Positions 48,715 through 60,138 of a stretch of DNA of 64,000 bases are shown one piece after another (position 1 is the stretch's first letter; each line of letters opens with the position of its first letter). Made by a program: the position numbers and the translations under genes. The notes under the pieces were generated by a model that ran no database searches, was not told the origin of the DNA, and saw nothing but the letters and a program-made list of their open reading frames with translations. The stretch is from Macrostomum lignano (Eukaryota), in NCBI GenBank assembly GCA_002269645.1, contig NIVC01003376.1:37026-101025 (forward strand). The letters run 5' to 3'.

Positions 48715-49518
48715 AACAGAGAGCGCCATATATTTTGAGTGTGTCAGAAAGCGTCATTTTGAGTGTGTGTCAGAAAGCGCCATTTTGAGTGTGTGTCAGA
48801 AAGCGCCATTTTGAGTGTGTGTCAGAAAGCGCCATTTTGAGTGTGTGTCAGAAAGCGCCATTTTGAGTGTGTGTCAGAAAGCGCCATTTTAGTGTCAGAA
48901 AACGTTGCTTGAAGGTGTCAGAAAGCGCCATTTGAAGGTGTCAGAAAGCGCCATTTGAGTGTATCAGCGTCATTTAAGTGTGTCAGAAAGCGCCATTTGA
49001 TTGTGTCAGAAAGCGCCATTCGTGTTTCAGAAAGCGCCATTCGTGTGTGTGTCAGAAAGCGCCATTTGAGTGTGTCAGAAAGCTCTATTTGAAGGTGTCA
49101 GAAAGCGCCATTTGAGTGTGTCAGAAAGCTCCAGTTGAAGGTGTCAGAAAGCGCCATTTGAGTGTGTCAGAAAGCGCCATTTGAGTGTGTCAGAAAGCGC
49201 CATTTGAGTGTGTCAGAAAGCTCCAGTTGAGTGTGTCAGAAAGCGCCATTTGAGTGTGTCAGAAAGCTCCAGTTGAAGGTGTCAGAAAGCGCCATTTGAG
49301 TGTGTCAGTAAGCTCCAGTTGAAGGTGTCAGAAAGCTCCAGTTGAAGGTGTCAGAAAGCGCCATTTGAGTGTGTCAGAAAGCTCCAGTTGAAGGTGTCAG
49401 AAAGCTCCAGTTGAAGGTGTCAGAAAGCGCCATTTGAGTGTGTCAGAAAGCTCCAGTTGAAGGTGTCAGAAAGCTCCAGTTGAAGGTGTCAGAAAGCGCC
49501 ATTTGAGTGTGTCAGAAA
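48715..49518. repeat. About 23-25-bp minisatellite (GTGTCAGAAAGCGCCATTTGAGT)n
   Basis: Tandem array. Confidence 0.93.
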
Positions 49519-50099
49519 GATTATGAGTCAGAACTTTACAAAGCTATCGCATATCGCATGTTTATTCAAGTTTTTAAAAAAGCTAAAAGTTTTGTTATAA
49601 TCAAGTTTAATTATTAATTAATTAATCTGTTTTTCCACTTGTCACTTATCTGGTTCTAACAAATAACAGGGTAACTTGTATTTTTTTACTTTTTTTCAAT
49701 TTTGCTATTCAGAATTTGTTAAATATCTGCCAAAATTTTGAATTGGTGCGAAAACTCGGCCAAAATGATTTATACGAGCTAACGATCATGAGTTGACTTT
49801 TATATTATACTTCCTTCATGTGCAAATATATACGAGCGTATATTTGACTTATTATGTAATTCTCTTGCTACTAAAGTGCAATTTTTGCTACTGTCAGTAA
49901 TTTTAACATTTTAATAAAAATGTTATTCTGTACTTTCATTTGCTTTTTAACTGAGCAAAAAATACAAATATAAAGAAGTCATTGTTTTGCTTTGCTGTTA
50001 ACGAGCTATCTGTTTTCCAGCCGTTTACCTTTACCAATTGAGGTTTTCTTGCTTTTGCTTAAAGGTATTACGGCATCTGACGTTTGCAAATTTAATACA

Positions 50100-51190
50100 G
50101 TCTAAGATCCCAAATCCCAGATCCCAAATCCAGTCTTAAGATCCCAGATCCCAAATCCAGTCTTAAGATCCCAGATCCCCAATCCAGACTGAGATCTCAG
50201 ATTCCCAATACAGTCTTAAGATCCCAGATCCCCAATACAGTCTTAAGATCCCAGATCCCCAATCCAGTCTGAGATCCCAGATCCCCAATACAGTCTTAAC
50301 ATCCCATCTCCAATACAGTCTTAAGATCCCAGATCCCTAATCCAGTCTTAAGATCCCATATCCCCAATCCAGTCTTAAGATCCCATATCTCCAATACAGT
50401 CTTAAGATCCCAGATCCCAAATCCAGTCTTAAGATCCCAGATCCCCAATCCAGACTGAGATCTCAGATTCCCAATACAGTCTTAAGATCCCAGATCCCCA
50501 ATACAGTCTTAAGATCCCAGATCCCCAATCCAGTCTGAGATCCCAGATCCCCAATACAGTCTTAACATCCCATATCTCCAATACAGTCTTAAGATCCCAG
50601 ATCCCCAATCCAGACTGAGATCCCAGATCCCCAATACAGTCTTAAGATCCCAGATCCCCAATCCAGTCTGAGATCCCAGATCCCCAATACAGTCTTAACA
50701 TCCCATCTCCAATACAGTCTTAAGATCCCAGATCCCTAATCCAGTCTTAAGATCCCATATCCCCAATCCAGTCTTAAGATCCCATATCTCCAATACAGTC
50801 TTAAGATCCCAGATCCCCAATCCAGACTGAGATCCCAGATCCTCAATCCAGTCTTAAAATCCCAGATCCCCAATCCAGTCTTGAGATCCCAGATCTCAAA
50901 TCCAGACTGAGCCCCAGATCCCCAATCCAGTCTTAAGATCCCATATCCTCAATACAGTCTTAAAATCCCATCTCCAATACAGTCTTAAGATCCCATATCC
51001 CCAATCCAGTCTTAAGATCCCAGATCCTCAATCCAGTCTTAAGATCACAGATCCCTAATCCAGTCTTAAGATCCCAGATCCTCAATCCAGTCTTAAGATC
51101 CCATATCCCTAATCCAGTCTTAAGATCCCATATCCCTAATCCAGTCTTGAAATCCCAGATCCCCAATCCAGACAGAGATCTCAGATTAAA
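50100..51190. repeat. About 27-bp minisatellite (CAGTCTTAAGATCCCAGATCCCCAAT[C/A])n
   Basis: Tandem array. Confidence 0.93.
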
Positions 51191-51261
51191 GTCATAAAAT
51201 AGAATCCCAGTTTTCAGGCCAACAACTATTGTATTGCATGCCTATAAACAGCAATACAACT

Positions 51262-52452
51262 ATGGAAAAGAAATCCACTGAGCAGTCCTACGTAGCAGAA
51301 GAGGAAGCGGACCAGACTGTTCCAACGGTGCCAGAGTACGATTATAACGAGCTCAACCCTGTTGAGCAGCACGTGCTAGAAGCCACCACTGGTCTCCTGA
51401 CCAGCACTGCAGCCCAAGAGGTGCCAGACATCAATATTAACACGCTCACTACCGTGGCCGCCCAAGAAACGGTGAACGCTCCGCCTGATTTTGTGGACAG
51501 AGCCCAGGCAAGCCTTCGAAACAGCGATGTCGGACTGCAGCTCAGGCGGTATGCCGCCGATTTTGCCTCCACGCAGGAAGCTGGGCGGTTGCGCACCTTG
51601 GCTGATCAGTTTATTCAGCAGCGAATCACGTGAGTTCACAAGACTTTTGGGGCAGCCTTCCAGATCCTCAGTTGCTGGGCCAGCCTTCCAGATCCTCAGT
51701 TGCTGGGCCAGCCTCCCAGATCCCCAGTTGCTGGGCCAGCCTTCCAGATCCTCAGTTGCTGGGCCAGCCTTCCAGATCCCCAGTTGCTGGGCCAGCCTTC
51801 CAGATCATCAGTTGCTGGGCCAGCCTTCCAGATCCCCAGTTGCTGGGCCAGCCTTCCAGATCCCCAGTTGCTGGGCCAGCCTCCCAGATCCCCAGTTGCT
51901 GGGCCAGCATCCCAGATCCTCAGTTGCTAGGCCAGCCTCCCAGCTCCTCAGTTGCTGGGCCAGCCTTCCAGATCCTCAGTTGTTGGGCCAGCCTCCCAGA
52001 TCCTCAGTCGCTGGGCCAGCCTCCCAGATCCTCAGTTGCTGTGCCACCATCCCAGATACCCCAGCCATTTTGTTAAAATACTTACTCTACTATAGGATGC
52101 ATTCTATCCATTGCTCAGGTACGCGCGCCTCGTGAACCAGCTAGAGACGGAATTCCACCGCAGCTACGACTTGAATGGCCTTGTCCGGGTCCAGTTCTTT
52201 GTAGCCCACTTGTTGCCTGGTGTGCTTCGATCGGCTATTAACCAGAATCCCCAGGCCGATTGTTTGCGTCTAATAAAGTACTTTCTGCTCTATCTGGGCA
52301 GGTGTCGCGTGCTTAGCCTGGCTGCTAGGATTTTTAGCGAGGCCAGACGCCACTGGGGTCATGCCGCCATTTTTTTTGCCGGTTTCAGCATCGGCTCCGT
52401 GGTTGCCACCACTGCTATAATGGTGCTGTACTTGAGAAAGAACAATAGTTGA
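51262..52452 (+). CDS. Divergent Bcl-2-family tail-anchored protein B (about 233 aa), paralog of A. Exons 51262-51629, 52119-52452
   Basis: BH3-like VGLQLRRYAADF; segment LETEFHRSYDLNGLVRVQFFVAHLL aligns to LEQLFHSGYNVESFVALFHFVARLL of A; C-terminal TM + RKNNS; phase-2 GT-AG intron restores the frame. Confidence 0.55.
51645..52055 (+). repeat. Minisatellite family P filling the intron of Bcl-2-like B
   Basis: 28-bp variant of the 22088 unit. Confidence 0.92.
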
Positions 52453-52604
52453 TTGCTTATTATTTGACTCTGCTCAATATTGCCAATTTTCTAATGTTAT
52501 TACAAAATTAATCAGTGCCACGACTCCAGCTGGTTCGATACATTTCATTCGGGGCGGGTGTGAACGATGTCACGAATTTTTTAGTCATTTTTACAGCTTA
52601 TCTG

Positions 52605-53095
52605 TGTTTGCTCTGTTTTCTCTCCCCTCTTTCCAGTTCAGTCTTGTTATTCTTATCTCTCTCCGTCGCTGCCTTCTGATTGGCTCTTCAATCTCGCCTG
52701 TTTCCTCAGTCGCGCGCTCCACCCCCATCGTCTCTTTTTACTCTGTTTTTCTCTCCCTTAGTCCAGTTCAGCCTTGTTATTCTTATCTCTCCCCCTCGCT
52801 GCCTTCTGATTGGCTCTTCAATCTCGCCTGTTTCCTGAGTCGCGCGCTCCACCCCCATCGTCTCTTTTTACTCTGTTTTTCTCTCCCTTAGTCCAGTTCA
52901 GCCTTGTTATTCTTATCTCTCCCCCTCGCTGCCTTCTGATTGGCTCTTCAATCTCGCCTGTTTCCTGAGTCGCGCGCTCCACCCCCATCATCTCTTTTTA
53001 CTCTGTTTTTCTCTCCCTTAGTCCAGTTCAGTCTTGTTATTCTTATCTCTCCCCCTCGCTGCCTTCTGATTGGCTCTTCAATCCTTATTCACGCG
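52605..53095. repeat. 130-bp tandem repeat, about 4 copies
   Basis: CTCTGTTTTT anchor at 52741, 52871 and 53001. Confidence 0.92.
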
Positions 53096-53929
53096 CTCCT
53101 TTCTTATATGCACTCAGCCCACCCCCACTAATTGAAATTCACTAGTTTTGAGCCATGCGCCATACTTACGCTCGTACTGTGTTTTTTGTTTCTAACTTTC
53201 GAACTGCGCGTGTGTAAGAGAGTGCGTTTTGTGCTGATTATTTAAAAGCTTTGTTTTTTATTATTCAATCGCCTTTGCCTTGACTTGACAATTTAATTAA
53301 AAATTGATGCTTACTCATTTTTTGATGTTTTACTTATGTACATAGGCAATATTAAGTTCCACTTATTGATTAATTCGCACATTCGCCTGCTTTCAATTTC
53401 TGCTCAACTCGGCTATTTTATTGTTTTAATATTTTTAAACGCTATTTGTTATACCTTTTTATTGGATAGGGTGCTATATACTCGGCAACATTCAAAGGCT
53501 GAAGTTTTTTCCAGCTAAGTTACAGTGCAAGCCAATGAAATATTTGTGTGAAATATTTATACAGGACAATCATTACTTAATAATGACTTTTACAGTATAA
53601 AATCATTTTCAAGTTTTGGCGTGTCTTGACTCATACATCTTTCCTTTTTCTAATTTAAATTAGAAAATTAGAATGTATTTTTTAAAGCGGTTCAAATTTT
53701 TATAGAAGTTTTGCGTTGCATTAAAATAAATGACAATAAATTATTTGAATCTTTCTTTTAATCGCATCTTATATTTTCAGCAGCATGTTTCGCTTTGCTT
53801 ATTTATTATTTTAAGTTACAGTAAAAGTGTATCATTTGTCTACATATCATGTACTTTTATTAGTTTTTTTACTATGATTAAGAGCTGTAGCACTGTTTAG
53901 TGTAGGTTTTCTTCTAGTTGAACTCGTCT

Positions 53930-54040
53930 GTCTGCCTGACTGTCACAGTATCTGTCTGTCTGTCTATCTATCTGTCTGGTTGTTCCTGTGTCTATCTATC
54001 TGTCTGGTTGTTCCTGTGTCTATCTGTCTGTCTGCCTGTA

Positions 54041-54077
<37 letters not shown>

Positions 54078-54144
54078 GTCTGGTTGTTCCTGTGTCTATC
54101 TATCTGTCTGGTTGTTCCTGTGTCTATCTGTCTGTCTGCCTGTA

Positions 54145-54181
<37 letters not shown>

Positions 54182-54260
54182 GTCTATCTATCTGTCTGGT
54201 TGTTCCTGTGTCTATCTATCTGTCTGGTTGTTCCTGTGTCTATCTGTCTGTCTGTCTGTA

Positions 54261-54303
<43 letters not shown>

Positions 54304-54383
54304 GTCTGTCTGTCTGTCTGTTTGTCATAGGGTCTGTCTGTCTGTCTGTCTCTGTCTGTCTGTCTGTCTGTTTGTCATAGGGT

Positions 54384-54475
<92 letters not shown>

Positions 54476-54485
54476 TTGTCATAGG

Positions 54486-54519
<34 letters not shown>

Positions 54520-54670
54520 TTGTCATAGGGTCTGTCTGTCTGTCTGTCATAGGTCTGTCTGTTTGTCATAGGGTCTGTCTGTCTGTCTGTCATAGGTCTG
54601 TCTGTTTGTCATAGGGTCTGTCTGTCTGTCTGTCTGTCATAGGTCTGTCTGTCTGTCTGTTTGTCATAGG

Positions 54671-54713
<43 letters not shown>

Positions 54714-54715
54714 AG
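53930..54715. repeat. (TCTG)n-rich microsatellite
   Basis: Direct. Confidence 0.95.
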
Positions 54716-54911
54716 ACTGTCCATCTGTCAAAGTGTGAATTTGTCTGTCTGTGTTACACTTTCTATCCCTTGTCGTACGCTCGTCTCAAGTGTTCAAAAT
54801 ACCCTCTGTGGATGAGATGTTTTTGGCCATAGACAAAAGCTTACAAACAATATATTATATATTAATGATTAGTTTAGCTAATGATCTGTTTATTTTCAAA
54901 TCTTGCTGGCA

Positions 54912-55379
54912 ATGAGCTTGAGTCGCGTCTGTCTAAGCAGCATTAGCCGCCGCTTTTTATCCTCTTCATCGTCATCTTTGAGATCGAAAAATCGCATATC
55001 GGAAAGTGTAGGCCCGCCAGATCCTCGATCTTGCATCCGGCCGGTTGATGTGAAAATCGGTGACGAGTTAAGAGACATCCAGGCCAGGTGCTATCGCGAT
55101 AAACGTCTGGCCGCGTTCGACCTTTGCCACAAGCACTGGGCGGCGCACAATCAGGCATTCAAGCTGGCTAAAGACAGATTCTCGATTATTAAACGAACTG
55201 AGCTGGCGTTTGCACCCGAGGAGCAGCTGATGCCGGACCAGATGGCCGAGTTCTATAGGCAGTTTCTTGAGCAGACTCGCCAGGGTCAGTACGAGTTTAA
55301 TCGATTGTGGTATCGAACTCTGCTCGGGCTGCTTGTTGCTCAGGCTAAACTCTCTTTACCCAAGCGGATGTCTAAGTAG
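54912..55379 (+). CDS. COA8: Cytochrome c oxidase assembly factor 8 / apoptogenic protein 1 (155 aa, single exon)
   Basis: Presequence MSLSRVCLSSISRRFLSS; VGPPDPRSCIRPV, HWAAHNQAFKLAKDRF, QMAEFYRQFL, FNRLWY match COA8/APOPT1 motifs. Confidence 0.88.
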   Translation: MSLSRVCLSSISRRFLSSSSSSLRSKNRISESVGPPDPRSCIRPVDVKIGDELRDIQARCYRDKRLAAFDLCHKHWAAHNQAFKLAKDRFSIIKRTELAFAPEEQLMPDQMAEFYRQFLEQTRQGQYEFNRLWYRTLLGLLVAQAKLSLPKRMSK

Positions 55380-55559
55380 AACTTCGCATTGAACTTTATC
55401 AACTACTGCATACTCAAAGTGTGTTAATAATCAATTTTAACAAAAATACATTCATGATTGTATATTGCATTCTGTAAATTATTTTGGTTGGCATTTTGTT
55501 TTTTTGTGCTTCATTATGGATTGTACAGAACTGCCACCAGGTTTAACCATAAGCTTTAA

Positions 55560-56222
55560 AATCTGTCTGTCTCTCTGTGTCTTGTCTGTGTGTCTGTCTG
55601 TCTGCCTGTGTCTTGTCTGTCTGTCTTTGTGTGTCTGTCTATGTCTTGTCTGTCTGTCTGTCTGCCTGTGTCTTGTCTGTCTGTCTTTGTGTGTCTGTCT
55701 GTGTCTTGTCTGTCTGTCTGTCTGCCTGTGTCTTGTCTATGTCTGTCTGCGTCTTGTCTGTCTGTCTGTCTGCCTGTGTCTTGTCTGTGTCTGTCTGTGT
55801 CTGTCTGTCTGCCTGTGTCTTGTCTGTGTCTGTCTGTGTCTTGTCTGTCTGTGTGTCTGTGTCTGTCTGTCTGTGTCTTGTCTGTGTCTGTCTGTCCGTC
55901 TGTCTGTGTCCTGTCTGTCTGTCTGTCTATGTCTGTCTGTGTCTTGTCTGTCTGTCTGTCTGTGTCTGTCTGTCTGTGTCTTGTCTGTCTGTCTGTCTGT
56001 GTCTGTCCTTGTCTTGTCTGTCTGCCTGTGTCTTGTCTGTCTGTCTGTCTGCTTGTGTCTTGTCTGTGTGTCTGTGTCTGTCTGTCTGTCTGTCTGTATC
56101 TTGTCTGTGTCTATGTCTTGTTTGTGTGTTTTGTCTGTCGGTCTTTGTGCCTGTCTGTCTGTCTGTCTGTATCTTGTCTCTGTCCGTCTATGTCTTGTTT
56201 GTGTGTTCTGTCTGTCTGTCTG
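55560..56222. repeat. (TGTC)n-rich microsatellite
   Basis: Direct. Confidence 0.95.
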
Positions 56223-56361
56223 AAGCTAGTCTGCATACACAGTCCATAGAGTCCAGTTGTCCTACAATTTGCTTAACACGTGACGTAACTCTACAAAAGC
56301 TACAAAATTCCCTTTTTCATCACTCCAAGCTGCTTTAAATCAGTCAAAAGGGCTCGGAAAG

Positions 56362-56696
56362 ATGCACAGTCTGATGCTGCGTTGCTGCAGACTTATTGGA
56401 TCTGCAAATTTTCTAACAAGACTTGCACAGTCAACACCTGTAGCTGTTAGCAATAGCAATTATAACAAACGGTTGTTAACGTACGCTTCTGGTGTTGCTA
56501 TGACAACGGATCGATATGGCGGCGTTATGCTAGACCTGTCGGCTGTTAACGAGGGCACTGATGAAGATCTAGTTATGGAGCATATAAGAGGTGGGTATTC
56601 ATAGAAGTGGTAGCTATCAAAATTGTAAGTGTACTTTGTAACACTATCGCTTGTTAATTCTACCTACGGGATATTCATACGTAGTTGAAGTTTGGT

Positions 56697-56731
<35 letters not shown>

Positions 56732-57089
56732 TGATTACACCTGCCCCAATTGGGCCAGATGTGCAGCCTGAAGCTCTAAAGGCTGCGTACGGCTGTTCAG
56801 TCCAATGACTGAGGGGTCGCCACACACATCCTCAATTACCCCAGCTAATGCTGGCACCCATTTTACAGCTGGGTGAACTGAAGCAATGAGCACTGAAACG
56901 TGGTGCTCAAGGACACAGATTGTTCCGAGTGGGCCCTTGACGCTCTAACAACTAGGCTACAACCCGAGGGGGTTGGGGTAATTGAGGGCGTGTGTGGCGA
57001 CCCCCCAGCCGAAGTACTTGCTGAACAGCCGTACGCAGCATTCAGAACTGCCGGTTGCACATCTTGCCGAATTGGGGCAGGTGTAATCA

Positions 57090-57128
<39 letters not shown>

Positions 57129-58263
57129 TTTGTAAAAAAATATAGATAAACTCAAAGATCGTTAAAGAAAATCGTTAAATAAAAATTTCTGATGATGAAA
57201 AACAAAGAAGTACAAAAGGTCGACCTTATTTCTTACCATCACAAGCCAGACGCGGTCTCCAACAGTTTAACAGTAGCTCCGGCAGCCTGGGTTCGAGTGC
57301 CTCTCCATCTGAGCAGTTTAACTACACATCTGGCTGTCGACGGCTTCCGTTATCATCACGCCGAAGGCTACTACGCGACTCTGGTGAAATGGCTGAGGCC
57401 AGGACGGCCAAGTAAAGTGCCTCGGTTTGGCACGCATCAGCTCGGGGTTGCAGGCTTGCTCATTGATGACGAGTCGTTGCTGTGCGTCCGCGAGCATCGG
57501 TTGCCGCCTAAACAGGTTAGAGATAAAAATTATAATTTCTATTTTAATGTTTGCCACTACGGGCGTAATAGTGCCATACATGCGCAACAGCCGACCGATT
57601 TGGCGGCCAACCAAGGGTAAGTCGCAAAAATGCCCACCCCAAAGAATAGACGTAGTACTAATTAGACGACGAAGCATTTTGCCTTTATAAGACAGTCATA
57701 GTTACTCCTGCCGTTTACCCTAAATTGCGTTAATTTTGCCTAATGGTTTCTTTCACAGGTAAGTCATTCAGTCATCATTGCCTCTCTCGCAGGGCGCCCA
57801 GACCAAGAAGCCTCACCAGTCGCCATGGAAACTACCAGGCGGTGTCGCCGATTTAGGCGAAGAAATTGGCGACGCGGCTGTTCGCGAAGTCGCGGAAGAA
57901 ACCGGCATCGCGGCGCGATTCGAGTCTGTGCTGGCCTTTCGTCATCATCACTGGCATCCGATGGCTTTTAATCGGTCAGATTTTTATGTACTGTGCCGAC
58001 TGAGTCTTGATGGACAGCGGCGAGGCGAGTTGAAACCGTGTCCAGATGAGATTTCCAAGGTTGATTGGCTGACAGTGTCCCAGCTTGATGCACTGCCGAC
58101 AGAGGAGGTGGCCCCGATTCTGCGGGCATCTCTGCCGCTGATTAGACTCGGATTAAGAAACGGTTTTAAGACGGTCGATATGCAAAGATTTGCATTGCAC
58201 TCGTTGTATACGGCTAAACGGGTTAGTCTGTATCACAGGCCGTTGCTGGGTGAAGTCGAGTAA
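56362..58263 (+). CDS. NUDT6: Nudix hydrolase NUDT6-like (about 321 aa). Exons 56362-56590, 57250-57515, 57793-58263
   Basis: DRYGGV, AWVRVP, GFRYHHAE, LVKWL, VPRFGTHQLGVAG, WKLPGG, intact Nudix box GVADLGEEIGDAAVREVAEETGI, FRHHH, SDFYVLCRL; junction phases 1 and 0 are consistent. Confidence 0.9.
56698..57126. mobile_element. Head-to-head pair of 5'-truncated SINE copies with (TTA)n tails in NUDT6 intron 1; third copy at about 63130-63335
   Basis: 56698-56930 (minus) and 56972-57126 (plus) share GGGGTAATTGAGG..TGTGTGGCGACCCC..CTGAACAGCCGTACGCAGC..GCACATC..AATTGGGGCAGGTGTAATCAA(TTA)n; the minus copy also has TGTGTCCTTGAGCA...TCACCCAGCTGTAAAATGGGT, resembling V/Meta-type SINE cores. Confidence 0.65.
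57575..57755 (+). mobile_element. Truncated MITE family A in NUDT6 intron 2
   Basis: Starts CATACATGCGCAAC and is colinear with 12639-12830. Confidence 0.85.
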
Positions 58264-58369
58264 AGAGCTTTTTTAATAGCAGCGTAATTTGTAGTTGTTA
58301 GTCTATGAATTCTCCTTTTTCTGCAGGGTTTTAATTTCTAACTTTTGGTTTTTAGTTAGTCATCTTGGC

Positions 58370-59205
58370 TTGGGAGAGTCAGATTCTCGGTTAGTCATCC
58401 TGGGAGAATCAGATTCTCAGGTAGTCATCCTGGGAGAGTCAGATTCTCAGGTAGTCATCCTGGGAGAGTCAGATTCTCAGCAAGTAGTCATTCTGGGAGA
58501 GTCAGATTCTCAGGTAGTCAGGTTGGGAGAGTCAGATTCTCAGGTAGTCATCCTGGGAGAGTCAGATTCTCAGGTAGTCATCCTGGGAGAGTCAGATTCT
58601 CAGGTAGTCATCCTGGGAGAGTCAGATTCTCAGGTAGTCAGGTTGGGAGAGTCAGATTCTCAGGTAGTCATCCTGGGAGAGTCAGATTCTCAGCAAGTAG
58701 TCATTCTGGGAGAGTCAGATTCTCAGGTAGTCAGGTTGGGAGAGTCAGATTCTCAGGTAGTCATCCTGGGAGAGTCAGATTCTCAGGTAGTCATCCTGGG
58801 AGAGTCAGATTCTCAGGTAGTCAGGTTGGGAGAGTCAGATTCTCAGGTAGTCATCCTGGGAGAGTCAGATTCTCAGCAAGTAGTCATTCTGGGAGAGTCA
58901 GATTCTCAGGTAGTCAGGTTGGGAGAGTCAGATTCTCAGGTAGTCATCCTGGGAGAGTCAGATTCTCAGGTAGTCATCCTGGGAGAGTCAGATTCTCAGG
59001 TAGTCATCCTGGGAGAGTCAGATTCTCAGGTAGTCATCCTGGAGAGTCAGATTCTCAGCAAGTAGTCATTCTGGGAGAGTCAGATTCTCAGGTAGTCAGG
59101 TTGGGAGAGTCAGATTCTCAGGTAGTCAGGTTGGGAGAGTCAGATTCTCAGGTAGTCAGGTTGGGAGAGTCAGATTCCCAGGTAGACATCCTGGAAAAGT
59201 GAGAT
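58370..59205. repeat. 30-bp minisatellite (CTGGGAGAGTCAGATTCTCAGGTAGTCATC)n
   Basis: Tandem array; explains the VVILGESDSQ ORF. Confidence 0.95.
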
Positions 59206-59669
59206 TCTCTCTACCAGTATTTCACCGCCAGTCATTGGACTGCGGATAAAATAGAATTCAAAGCCCTAACCTAAATTCTCATATTATCCATACGCTTATT
59301 TTTCCAGTGCGCTGTACCTACAATGTACATGTCTTTTTTAGAACTATAATAGTTTAACAACAATTAGATTGAATCAATTGTAAATTATTTGAAACAAGAG
59401 CGTATTAACAATTTGTTGACTCCCAACCGATGTCATAACTAAATCGCAAACATCATGCCTTTCTTGTAATATGGTTCATTATATTTATGCTTGTATATCA
59501 TATCATACAATATATAGTTTTTATTGCAGAAATAAATAAAAACTTGTGTACGTTTTGAACAGACCAGCTTGTCTGAAGCAGTTGGTGGTGACATGCGTAT
59601 CAAATTATTGTGAAGTTTTGCTGTTTTTAAGATTTTACACAAGTAGCAGAACAGTGCACAAGTCGGTCA

Positions 59670-60104
59670 CACAGATACTAAAATAACTAGATGGGCCACT
59701 CAGACATATATACTTAGCAAAATAGCTTTGTACTTTCAGTTCAGTAGCAAAGATGAATGCGTAAGCTATTTTATAGGAATAAAGGCAGCTGAAATGACTT
59801 TGATAAGTAGGAAGTCCAAGCTTGCAGGCGTAAACAACTTGCTAATTGGTTCAGCAATAATGTACATTGGCCAGTCCACTGAAATGTACATGGCAGCTTT
59901 AGGCTGGAAATCCGAGAACGGCAATAAAAATTAGATTGGGGGGGGGGGCGGGGCGGGGCGGAAAGGCGCGGTTGGAGGGTTTGAGCTAGGGGTAAGAGCT
60001 TTGGCTTTAAAAATACATTAAAATGCTTCCGTTTAACTTACTACTGAACTGAAAGTAGCTTACACGCAACTGTGCAGAGTGGCCCATCTATTCTAGTATC
60101 TGTG
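59670..60104 (+). mobile_element. hAT-type non-autonomous element family C, intact copy
   Basis: TIRs CACAGATACTA...ATGGGCCACTC and its complement; 8-bp TSD GTCGGTCA at 59662-59669 and 60105-60112. Confidence 0.88.
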
Positions 60105-60138
60105 GTCGGTCATGAGCATATTTTTACATCAGCTCTTG

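Noticed and set aside
53918-56338. Cys/Leu/Val/Ser-rich ORFs flanking COA8
   Set aside because: (TCTG)n and (TGTC)n microsatellites
58295-59065. VVILGESDSQ repeat ORF
   Set aside because: 30-bp minisatellite downstream of the NUDT6 stop
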